IMG/VR virus record: IMGVR_UViG_3300022696_000071
Location: 41,748-105,747 of that record
Strand: one strand, 5' to 3'
DNA from: a virus
DNA: 64,000 nucleotides
Shown here: in pieces, positions 48,966 through 58,233 of the stretch
How positions within the stretch are numbered: the first letter of the stretch is position 1
Layout: each line of letters starts with the position of its first letter
The notes under the pieces: model-generated
Database searches by the model: none
Told to the model about the DNA's origin: nothing
What the model saw: only the letters and a program-made list of their open reading frames with translations
Made by a program: the position numbers and the translations under genes

Positions 48966-51353
48966 ATGGATATAATCGAAGATATAGAATCAAAAAATTA
49001 TTGTAGATATTTACATAAAAAAGATTTTGAGTGTAAAAAAGATTGTGATGTAAGAAATTGTGAAGCTATAACATATGTAACAAACAGATTAAAAGAAATA
49101 TTAGATAATTCAATTGATGTTATATTAAGAATAAATATTGATAATAATAAATTTAATTATATTAACTCAACATGTTTAAAATTATTTGGTTATACAAAAG
49201 ATGAATTTATCGATAATGGTTTTAGTTGGGCGTTTTCGTTAATACATGAAGATGATAGAGCAGATTTTATAACAACTATAAATTATATGAAAAAAAATAC
49301 ATGCGTCCAGTTTAGATTTAAACATAAAACTCTTGGATACAGATGGATTGCTGGTAATATAACAATTGTGGAAAAAAATAAAAAAGGAGATACTATAGTA
49401 ACATGTTATTGTAGAGATATAACAAATGAAATAACTTATAATGATATAATGAGAGAAAGCAGAAGAAAATTTAGATCACTATATGATAACTTACCAGATA
49501 TGTCTACTTCTTCAAATAATGATGGTATTATTATAATGTGTAATGATACATTGTTATCTAAAACTGGATATAGTAGAAAAGAAATAGTTGGAATGCATAT
49601 ATATAAATTGTATCATTCATGTTGTATAGAAAAGGTTAAAAAAATATTTACTCATTATTTAGAAACTGGATCTATAAAAAATGAACGGTTAGTAATAAAA
49701 ACAAAAACAAATGATAAAATATATGTAGGAGTAAATATAAATGCAGTTAGAGATGATAATAATAATATACTACACTCTATAGCAACATATATAGATATAA
49801 CAAAACAAATAGAGAATGAAAGAGCTTTATCTGAAATGGAGCATAAATTTAAAGCTATATTGGAACAATCGCCAATATCTCACGAATTATATGATCGAAA
49901 CGGATTACAAGTTAAAGTAAATGCTGCATATGAGAGATTATGGGGGATAGATAAAAAATATACTTTAAATAAACTTAATATAAAAACAGATAGACAAGTA
50001 AAAGAAATAGGTCATGATAAATATGTAAATAAAGCATATATAGACAAAGTACCAATTGATATTCCAGACTATAAATGGGATCCTAGTAAATCTGGATTCC
50101 CAGGCCGAATAAGATGGTTGCATACACGTATATTTCCAATAACAAATGAATTCGATGAAGTTATACATGTTGTAGTAACACATGAAGATATAACCAATAG
50201 AAAAAACGCAGAAAGAACAATTATTGAAAATCATAGATTGGGAGCAATTGGAGAAATGGCTTCATCAGTTGCCCATGATTTTAATAATTCTCTACAAATA
50301 ATATTAGGAAATATAGAATTAGCAAAAAGAAAATCTGAAGAATGTTCATATAAACATCGTCCAATATGTTTAAAATATTTAGAAAGATCAAGAATAGCAG
50401 CAGAGAATACATCAAATAGAATAAAAATATTGCAAAAATTTGGAAGAGTAGATGATAAATATAATATAAGTGAAATAATAGATATTAATTCTCTAATAGA
50501 TGATGTTATAGATGAATCAAAACCATTATTTAAAAACATGCCTCACAGATCTGGAAACGAAATAATAATAAAAAAACAATATACAAATAAAAATGTAAAT
50601 GTATCTGGAAACAGTGGTGAATTAAAAGCGGTATTATTTAATGTATTAAAAAATAGTATGGAAGCAATGCCATCTGGTGGATATATTGTAATATCTACAG
50701 AGAATAAAAAAGATCATGTATATATTTACATAACTGATACTGGAACTGGAATAACTGAAGATTTAATATTAAAGATATTTCAACCATTCTTTTCTACTAA
50801 AAGTTTGGGTATGAATAGAGGGTTAGGGTTAAGTGGGTCATATAATATAATAAACGAACATGGTGGTTACATAAGAGTAAAAGATAGTTCAACCGGAGAA
50901 GGTACAACTATGGAGATAAAACTACCAGAATCGGAAAATGGAATAGTTAAAAAAAAGAGAATAAAAAAAATGGGTAATGAAAAAATATTAAAAATGTTAT
51001 GGGTAGATGACGATGAGATGATAACAGATTTTGCTATAGAATTTATGGAAATATATGGATATGAAGGAGATGTTGTAAATGATAGCGAATACGCTATAGA
51101 ATATATTCAAAGTAAAAATTATGATATCGTAATGACTGATATGGGTATGCCTAACATGAATGGGGTAGAGTTATCAAAAGAGATAAGAAAAAAAGTTGGA
51201 GACAAAGTTAAAATAATAATGTTTACTGGATGGGGAATGACATACGATGAATATGAAAAAAATAAACATATAATAGATCATATAGTTCAAAAACCAGCAG
51301 AAATAAATCATCTAAATGAAATTATAAATAAAGTTATGCAAATTAAAAATTAA
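48966..51353 (+). CDS. cytoplasmic hybrid sensor histidine kinase: Cys-rich N-terminus, PAS-like repeats, HisKA, HATPase_c and C-terminal receiver domain
   Basis: H-box RLGAIGEMASSVAHDFNNSLQ. N-box LFNVLKNSMEAM. G1 ITDTGTGI. F IFQPFFST. G2 GLGLSGS. Receiver MLWVDDD...DIVMTDMGMPNMNG...MFTGWG...VQKP. No TM segments. Confidence 0.65.
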   Translation: MDIIEDIESKNYCRYLHKKDFECKKDCDVRNCEAITYVTNRLKEILDNSIDVILRINIDNNKFNYINSTCLKLFGYTKDEFIDNGFSWAFSLIHEDDRADFITTINYMKKNTCVQFRFKHKTLGYRWIAGNITIVEKNKKGDTIVTCYCRDITNEITYNDIMRESRRKFRSLYDNLPDMSTSSNNDGIIIMCNDTLLSKTGYSRKEIVGMHIYKLYHSCCIEKVKKIFTHYLETGSIKNERLVIKTKTNDKIYVGVNINAVRDDNNNILHSIATYIDITKQIENERALSEMEHKFKAILEQSPISHELYDRNGLQVKVNAAYERLWGIDKKYTLNKLNIKTDRQVKEIGHDKYVNKAYIDKVPIDIPDYKWDPSKSGFPGRIRWLHTRIFPITNEFDEVIHVVVTHEDITNRKNAERTIIENHRLGAIGEMASSVAHDFNNSLQIILGNIELAKRKSEECSYKHRPICLKYLERSRIAAENTSNRIKILQKFGRVDDKYNISEIIDINSLIDDVIDESKPLFKNMPHRSGNEIIIKKQYTNKNVNVSGNSGELKAVLFNVLKNSMEAMPSGGYIVISTENKKDHVYIYITDTGTGITEDLILKIFQPFFSTKSLGMNRGLGLSGSYNIINEHGGYIRVKDSSTGEGTTMEIKLPESENGIVKKKRIKKMGNEKILKMLWVDDDEMITDFAIEFMEIYGYEGDVVNDSEYAIEYIQSKNYDIVMTDMGMPNMNGVELSKEIRKKVGDKVKIIMFTGWGMTYDEYEKNKHIIDHIVQKPAEINHLNEIINKVMQIKN

Positions 51354-51362
51354 CATATATTA

Positions 51363-51378
51363 AGGACAAATTTTAAAC
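51363..51378 (+). promoter_or_regulatory. late-promoter-like motif AGGACAAATTTTAAAC
   Basis: Motif family member upstream of the gene at 51409. Confidence 0.4.
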
Positions 51379-51408
51379 ACTAATACTTAACTAAAAGGAG
51401 ATATTATT

Positions 51409-51993
51409 ATGTACATCAGTGAGACTTACACCAATGATACGTTAAATGAAGATTTTTTTAGAGGAGCTTCTGGTGAAATCTTAAGAAGTCCAAAGCAAAT
51501 GGGAAATGTATTTAAATCTATAGGTGACTTATTTTCTAATGCTCAATCTCTAATGAAAAGAGTTGATAGTATGACAAGTCAAATAAAACATGATATTGAA
51601 CGTAAAATATTTCATGGTTCGACTATAGGTGGGTATATTAAGTGGAGACAGACTACAATATATTGGAGAATGTATTACTTATTAGATGATAAGGCATATA
51701 ATAAAATTCTAAATGATGCAAAATCAGGATCTCTTGATAAGAAATTTTTCGATTTTAAACTTACATCCAGAAATGTACCGATGATTACACAGGCAAGATC
51801 GAAAGAAGAACTTATTAGAGCTGTAGATCTATACAGAGATCGTGCATATAATTTGTATTCAATACTTTTAAAATGGAGAAGAGAAAATAATGAAGAGATG
51901 GTAAACATATTAACCCATTATTTAAGAATAATAAACGCAGGTCTTTATGATATGTCAGAAGTTATTAATATTATAATTGACTATAGTAGATAA
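51409..51993 (+). CDS. hypothetical protein
   Basis: ORF with SD aaggag. Confidence 0.3.
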   Translation: MYISETYTNDTLNEDFFRGASGEILRSPKQMGNVFKSIGDLFSNAQSLMKRVDSMTSQIKHDIERKIFHGSTIGGYIKWRQTTIYWRMYYLLDDKAYNKILNDAKSGSLDKKFFDFKLTSRNVPMITQARSKEELIRAVDLYRDRAYNLYSILLKWRRENNEEMVNILTHYLRIINAGLYDMSEVINIIIDYSR

Positions 51994-52041
51994 TAATTAA
52001 TAAAAATTTTTATACAATATAAGATATTTAAATATCTTATA

Positions 52042-52629
52042 TTGTATAAAATAATAAATTATAATTTTATTTTAATACAGGAAATAATGAATATGTTTAT
52101 ATCTGAAGACTTTATTGATGATAAAGCAAATGATGCAGCAACTTCACCAAAAAATGATTTGTCTGAACCATCTGAAAAACAAAAGAAATATGGTAATTAT
52201 AAAAAGGGCCATATATCATTTAAAGGAATAAACATAGCTATAGAGAATCCAAAAGGATCAAAGAGAAAGGGAGTAGATCCCGATGGTAATGCTTGGGAAT
52301 CTACACTTCATTCACATTATGGTTATGTAAAAGGTGGAGTTGAAGGAAAAGACGGTGATCCTGTTGACGTTTATGTTGGACCAAATCATGATAGTGATAT
52401 TGTATGCATAATAAATCAAGCAAATATAAAAGATGGTTCGTTTGATGAACATAAAGTAGCTCTTGGATACTCTACATTTCCAGATGCAATAAATGGTTAT
52501 TTAAAAAATTATGATAAAGATTGGGAAAGAAAAGGTGGAATAAGATCAGCATATAGAATTACCATAGATCAATTCAAAAATTGGTTAAGAAATGGTAATA
52601 CTAAAAGAGAATTTAAAGGTGTGTTATAA
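52042..52629 (+). CDS. hypothetical protein
   Basis: ORF only. Confidence 0.25.
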   Translation: MYKIINYNFILIQEIMNMFISEDFIDDKANDAATSPKNDLSEPSEKQKKYGNYKKGHISFKGINIAIENPKGSKRKGVDPDGNAWESTLHSHYGYVKGGVEGKDGDPVDVYVGPNHDSDIVCIINQANIKDGSFDEHKVALGYSTFPDAINGYLKNYDKDWERKGGIRSAYRITIDQFKNWLRNGNTKREFKGVL

Positions 52630-53292
52630 ATGGAAAATATCCCTATATCATATGCATATATAAGAGATTATTATCATACACTATATAGTATATATGGAGA
52701 CTACTATGTAGGTTATCCATTAACCTACTATAGTATTGATTGGGAAAATAGTATATATGATGAAAAATTAACTGCTGGAACTTATGAGAAAATAGGAGTA
52801 GGTGATTTATCTGGAATGAAATGGAAAAAGATATTACATTTTCCAGTTTATGCGGTTGAACAAATACAACCTGAATATAATGCATCTGAAAAAGGATTAG
52901 TGTTAGAAACTTCTGAAATATCAAGTATTTCATTTTCAAGTAACTTTGGGTTAAAACCATTTGAGTGGGATATAATAGAATTTCAACAAGATTTCATGTT
53001 TAAAGATCGAGATGTAAATGATCAACCGTTATTTCATATATCTAATATAACATTATCAATGTATGGGAGTTTAAAACATTGGAAATGTAAAATTAATGTA
53101 TCTCCGGTTAGTAAAGTCCAATTAGATCAGCAAGTAACATCATATTGGGTATTTCTACAACATACTAAAAAAATACATAATAATGATACAGCATCTCTGT
53201 TAATAAAATTACACAAAAAACTTGGTCTATTAAAAACAAATACAAATAACCTATTTCATAATTCTGGATTCTATCTAACCAATGTCGCCTAA
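52630..53292 (+). CDS. hypothetical protein
   Basis: ORF abutting the upstream stop. Confidence 0.25.
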   Translation: MENIPISYAYIRDYYHTLYSIYGDYYVGYPLTYYSIDWENSIYDEKLTAGTYEKIGVGDLSGMKWKKILHFPVYAVEQIQPEYNASEKGLVLETSEISSISFSSNFGLKPFEWDIIEFQQDFMFKDRDVNDQPLFHISNITLSMYGSLKHWKCKINVSPVSKVQLDQQVTSYWVFLQHTKKIHNNDTASLLIKLHKKLGLLKTNTNNLFHNSGFYLTNVA

Positions 53293-53306
53293 CAGGAGAA
53301 TATAAA

Positions 53307-55922
53307 GTGTTTGAAGAAAATACTATAACAATATATAGCTCAAGAGATAAGATTAGAAATGAGTTAATTACATTAGCAAAAGAATATTTAGAATTAGATG
53401 GTATTGATTTCAATAAGTTATCTTATATGAGTTATCTGATAAATGTTTTAAGTGGATTAACTGCAAATTTATTATATTATTCTACATCTACATATAAAGA
53501 ATTCTTTTTAACAAGAGCTATACAAAAAGAAAGTGTATTAAATCTTGCAGCTATGATTGGCTATTCTCCACCATATGCAACACCTGCTCAAGTATCATTA
53601 TTAATTGGAATACCAATAACTTTTGAAACTTTGGAATCACAAGGGAATTCATTAGTAATTGAATTTCCACAATATCACCAATATAGAGCTGGAGATACTA
53701 TATTCTCACAAGATAACAAAGTAACAGTTACAATAACTAATAATTCTGGAATATTAGCTTATTCAGTTATTGAAGAAATAACATCTAATACTGGAACGAA
53801 TTATAGAGTTTTACCAAAAACAACTTCAGTCGTAAATAACACAAATACTTTATATTTCACAATAAATGCAACTCAAATAGAAAAACAAGAACTTGAATAT
53901 CAAATCCAAAAACAACAACCGTATGAGTTTTATGTAATAAATTTAGAATTTGTCGGGCAGTTATCGAACATTGAGACAATAACTACTGAAGATGAGGGCG
54001 GAACTGAACAAGAATGGACACTATATGATTCACTTTTCTTAATACCATCTGGCGAATATGGTTATGCATTTAGACGAACTAGTACTGGTGGACAATTAAT
54101 GTTTGGAAATGGAATTATTGGTCAAAAAGCACCAGAAGATGAAAAGTGCATTATAACAATTGATTCCACTATTGGTGCCAGTGGCAATGTCATAGCTGGT
54201 TCTATAAATAAAGGGGCAACAATATATATAATAGATGATGAAATACCAAGACAATTAAATTATTCTGTTCTTAATGTTGAGCCAGCATATAACGGTGCTG
54301 ACTCACAAACTATAAGTGAGATAAAAGCATCTGCAATAGCAAATTTATCATCACTGAATAGACTCGTATCACAATACGATTATGACAATATATCAGATGT
54401 AATAGATGATTTACCATTAACAAATCCATCACATATAATGAAAAGAAGTGATATAAAAAGAAATGAAATAGTATTATTTTCAAATATATTATATAGTGAT
54501 TCTATAGTTCCAACCAGAAATACAGTTTGGACGCTCAGTGAAGCAACTACGCCATCATTAAGTATATATATGAGTGATACTATAACAATAAATAGTGTTG
54601 ATTATTATAGTATGTTTAATATAGATATAGATGCAGATGAAGAAACTGCAACTTATTATTATTTAGCATTATCATCTGAAAATTCTGTCGTTATAAATAA
54701 AACATATAGTATTGAACAAGGCAGTCCTCCAGAAACACTTGTTCTCCCAACAACATGTAATATGGATTTAACAATTCATGATGGTGGGGGCAATGTATTG
54801 GATAAAGCTGATCAAAAACTAACTGTTCAATTAAATTATGATATTGTTGATGCATCTTGTGATGAAGCCGATTTAAATTGTTATATAGAAACTGAATGGA
54901 ATGGATCAGTAAGTCAGATGACAAAAGAAACTGGATATCTCGAATATGATTTTGATCTTCAAGATATTCCCGATGGTGAGCAATCTTTCTATTTTAAAAT
55001 GTATAGATTGATAGATAATCCAGATTATGGTCAACCAGGAGAACCAACGCATATACCTCAATATTTTAATGAATCACAATTAGACATAATAATCAAACAA
55101 GATATAAGTGATTACATGTACAGTAATATTGTAGTAACTGGATCATCCCCTAATAGAACAATTACTATATATGATGTTCCTGTAATAAAGAAAGCATATT
55201 ATGATTCTGTCGATGCAGATAATTTTAAATTATTAGTTTATAATAAAATAATAAGTGTCAATATGGCATCATATAGGATGGCTACTGACTTTATAAATAT
55301 AAAATTTACAAATACTACTGGTCAATTAACTAATATGAGATTAAATAAAGTAACAAAAAATAATGTTATTGATATTAACCCATCTGCAATACCATCATCT
55401 CCAAATGCAGAAGATAGATATATAATAACAAATGATGAAAATCCATTTTCTGTTGATCCAGGCATTATAGTCGAATATGACGAACAGGGAGATACTTGGG
55501 TAGAATATAGTATGAGTATAAATGATATTATATATGTAGAAAATCTTAGCAAAAAAGTTATATATAATGGTGAAGTCGTAATTGACCCCGTAAAATCTAT
55601 ACCCCTCGTCGTATCAGCAACTGTATGGAAAGATCCATCTTATACAAATGCTACAGAAGAAGGTTTAATATCAAATATAAAAGAAGCTATAATTGATGGA
55701 TTATATAGTTATTTTGGAGCAGATAAGCCATTATATATTTCTCAAATAACTGAAATAATACAGGGAGTAACGGGTATACAACATTGTAAAGTAGTTAATC
55801 CAAAACATGATATTTTCTTCAATTATGATATACATGAAGATCTTACACAACAGGAATTAATCGAATATACACCAGATTTAGTCTGGTTTGACACAACAAT
55901 GATAAGTATAACTCTACGTTAA
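53307..55922 (+). CDS. baseplate wedge protein, gp6/baseplate-J-like
   Basis: 871 aa. N-terminal region SYMSYLINVLSGLTANLLYYSTSTYKEFFLTRA...AAMIGYSPPYATPAQ resembles the Baseplate_J family core. Confidence 0.45.
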   Translation: MFEENTITIYSSRDKIRNELITLAKEYLELDGIDFNKLSYMSYLINVLSGLTANLLYYSTSTYKEFFLTRAIQKESVLNLAAMIGYSPPYATPAQVSLLIGIPITFETLESQGNSLVIEFPQYHQYRAGDTIFSQDNKVTVTITNNSGILAYSVIEEITSNTGTNYRVLPKTTSVVNNTNTLYFTINATQIEKQELEYQIQKQQPYEFYVINLEFVGQLSNIETITTEDEGGTEQEWTLYDSLFLIPSGEYGYAFRRTSTGGQLMFGNGIIGQKAPEDEKCIITIDSTIGASGNVIAGSINKGATIYIIDDEIPRQLNYSVLNVEPAYNGADSQTISEIKASAIANLSSLNRLVSQYDYDNISDVIDDLPLTNPSHIMKRSDIKRNEIVLFSNILYSDSIVPTRNTVWTLSEATTPSLSIYMSDTITINSVDYYSMFNIDIDADEETATYYYLALSSENSVVINKTYSIEQGSPPETLVLPTTCNMDLTIHDGGGNVLDKADQKLTVQLNYDIVDASCDEADLNCYIETEWNGSVSQMTKETGYLEYDFDLQDIPDGEQSFYFKMYRLIDNPDYGQPGEPTHIPQYFNESQLDIIIKQDISDYMYSNIVVTGSSPNRTITIYDVPVIKKAYYDSVDADNFKLLVYNKIISVNMASYRMATDFINIKFTNTTGQLTNMRLNKVTKNNVIDINPSAIPSSPNAEDRYIITNDENPFSVDPGIIVEYDEQGDTWVEYSMSINDIIYVENLSKKVIYNGEVVIDPVKSIPLVVSATVWKDPSYTNATEEGLISNIKEAIIDGLYSYFGADKPLYISQITEIIQGVTGIQHCKVVNPKHDIFFNYDIHEDLTQQELIEYTPDLVWFDTTMISITLR

Positions 55923-55926
55923 AAAT

Positions 55927-57024
55927 ATGGAGAACATGATGGGTAAAAATCTGCTAGAATTCTATTTTCCAAAAAATATATCACCACAACCAGATATAAA
56001 AGTATTTAGATATATGTCCAAAATATATGGATTAGAATTAACCAATATATCTAAACCATGTTCTCTATTAAAACTTGTAAAATATTATAAAGATATACAA
56101 AAACTGATTGGTATAAATGATAGAGATGTGAGTGAATTTATCAGAGGAATAAAGTTGGATTATAATGTTCAAGTATATAAAGATAAATATACAGTAATAT
56201 TATTAATAGGCTGTTTGCATTATTTAAGAAAAGGGAATGAAGATTTAGCAAATATGTTTTTTAAATTTATGAATTTAAAATTCTATAGCAGTATTGCTCA
56301 TAAACATTTCCCAAAATTTTGCAATAACGACATATGGTCTTTATCTATCGACGCATTATCTATAAAACATTTGTTCAAAGTACATAAAGGTATAGGAAAC
56401 GCTATAGTATATATTGCAGATGATGTATTTAAAAATAAAAAAAGAATATTAGAAAAAGAAAATTTATCTGATAAAGAATTATCAGATACAATTTATTATT
56501 GTAGAACCCGCATAGCTCAATCATTTAAATCGTTCGCAAATATGTACTATAAAATAAGTGAAGATAAGGGTATATCAAGAGATGATGATATTTCAAGGGA
56601 AGAAGTTCAGGGAGTCCGACTTACAGCAGAAAAAATATCTATGCTCATATGTGTTTATAATCAAATAGATAAAAAAGCATTAAATAAAGCTATATCAAAT
56701 AGTGGAATAAGAAAAGATACTGGAGTCAGTATAGTAAATGAATTATCAACAAGCAAATATAAAGAAGATTTAAATTTTATAATAATATTGACAAGTAGAG
56801 TTGGTGAACTGAATCAAGTATGTATAGAGCGCAATAGAAACTTACTATTAAGAAAAATGTATTCAAATAATAAAATAGCAAATAAATATATATTAAAGAA
56901 TGTGATATCTAAAATGCTTTATTCATTTAAAATCGGTCATCAATTAAGATCTATATATAAAGATCAACTCATAGTATTCTTTTCTCAATATTTAACTTTA
57001 TATTTACGAAACAGAATATGTTAA
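55927..57024 (+). CDS. hypothetical protein, likely baseplate-associated
   Basis: Synteny only. Confidence 0.25.
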   Translation: MENMMGKNLLEFYFPKNISPQPDIKVFRYMSKIYGLELTNISKPCSLLKLVKYYKDIQKLIGINDRDVSEFIRGIKLDYNVQVYKDKYTVILLIGCLHYLRKGNEDLANMFFKFMNLKFYSSIAHKHFPKFCNNDIWSLSIDALSIKHLFKVHKGIGNAIVYIADDVFKNKKRILEKENLSDKELSDTIYYCRTRIAQSFKSFANMYYKISEDKGISRDDDISREEVQGVRLTAEKISMLICVYNQIDKKALNKAISNSGIRKDTGVSIVNELSTSKYKEDLNFIIILTSRVGELNQVCIERNRNLLLRKMYSNNKIANKYILKNVISKMLYSFKIGHQLRSIYKDQLIVFFSQYLTLYLRNRIC

Positions 57025-57025
57025 C

Positions 57026-58219
57026 TTATAAGACATTATATATATTACTTAAATCTTCTGGAACTCTTGATGATGGATCGGTACTACCTTCAGTATCACC
57101 AAATCCAGGTGTACCTTCAAACTCCAATAAATCTGGTGGTTCACCTGGAGCATTAAATGATGTAAAGTTCAAATCTGGAACATGTGCTTCAGACATCATT
57201 TGATTTATATAATCGGAATACATTGGTCGATGTTTATCTTTAGACCTTATTATATTCCCTTCTTCATCTTGTCCAGCAGCAATTAATGTATTATATAATT
57301 CACCGATTGTTATACGAACATCAACCATACCAGGTCTTTGATTGAATGCTATATCATTCGATTCTCCACCCTTTATTATTTCCATTGATGATATGTATCC
57401 CGCTTTAACTTTAAATAAGCCAGGACATGAAACTGAACAAACAACTGGATAATAAAAAGTAGATTCTGAACTCGATATTGGAATAACAAGAGCAATTAAT
57501 TTAGCAAGTGGATAAACTATAAAATTTCTATAATCATCCATATTTTTTGGATTTGGATTATACAATCTAATTGTCATACTATAAGATGGAGAAAAATTAG
57601 CACCCTTCCATATCATCGGAAAATCAATCTGATGACCCGCCATTATCTTTCCCATCCCGGGTGCCATATTATCTATAAATTTTTGAAGTGCACCACCAGT
57701 AGAACCCATTAAATCAACACCAGCACCAAATATACTCCCTAATGTACCACTCTTACCCATTTGTTCAGATATTTTATTTGTTATTTCTTTAATATTTCCA
57801 GATGAACCAGTAATATATGCAAGTTCAGATACAGTCGATGATGCTACATTACCAATTTGTTCAAACTTAGATTCACCATATTCTACAGATAATGACTCAG
57901 TTATTGATGTGTTATTTAAAAATGTAGCATATATACAATTTCCAGCCATCAATGGAACACCAGCAGATTCAAGAATTCTATTATATTGTTTTTTACCATC
58001 AGCGTAATTTGGCTCATATAGATGTATACCTTTTTTTCCTTTAGTACCATATTTTGGATATGCTGGATATATAGCCATTATTGGTATAGAAGCAAGTGCC
58101 ATCTTTTGAGTTGGATCTGGATCATAAACATATGATGGTGGAATACCAATTATTTCAGTTGGATCTCCTGGAAATGCTTTCTTATATATATCATTTGATA
58201 CAACCCCCTCGTCTATCAT
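57026..58219 (-). CDS. hypothetical virion protein
   Basis: Minus-strand ORF downstream of the giant lysozyme-domain protein. Confidence 0.3.
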   Translation of the reverse strand: MIDEGVVSNDIYKKAFPGDPTEIIGIPPSYVYDPDPTQKMALASIPIMAIYPAYPKYGTKGKKGIHLYEPNYADGKKQYNRILESAGVPLMAGNCIYATFLNNTSITESLSVEYGESKFEQIGNVASSTVSELAYITGSSGNIKEITNKISEQMGKSGTLGSIFGAGVDLMGSTGGALQKFIDNMAPGMGKIMAGHQIDFPMIWKGANFSPSYSMTIRLYNPNPKNMDDYRNFIVYPLAKLIALVIPISSSESTFYYPVVCSVSCPGLFKVKAGYISSMEIIKGGESNDIAFNQRPGMVDVRITIGELYNTLIAAGQDEEGNIIRSKDKHRPMYSDYINQMMSEAHVPDLNFTSFNAPGEPPDLLEFEGTPGFGDTEGSTDPSSRVPEDLSNIYNVL

Positions 58220-58233
58220 ATCATCACTCTCCC

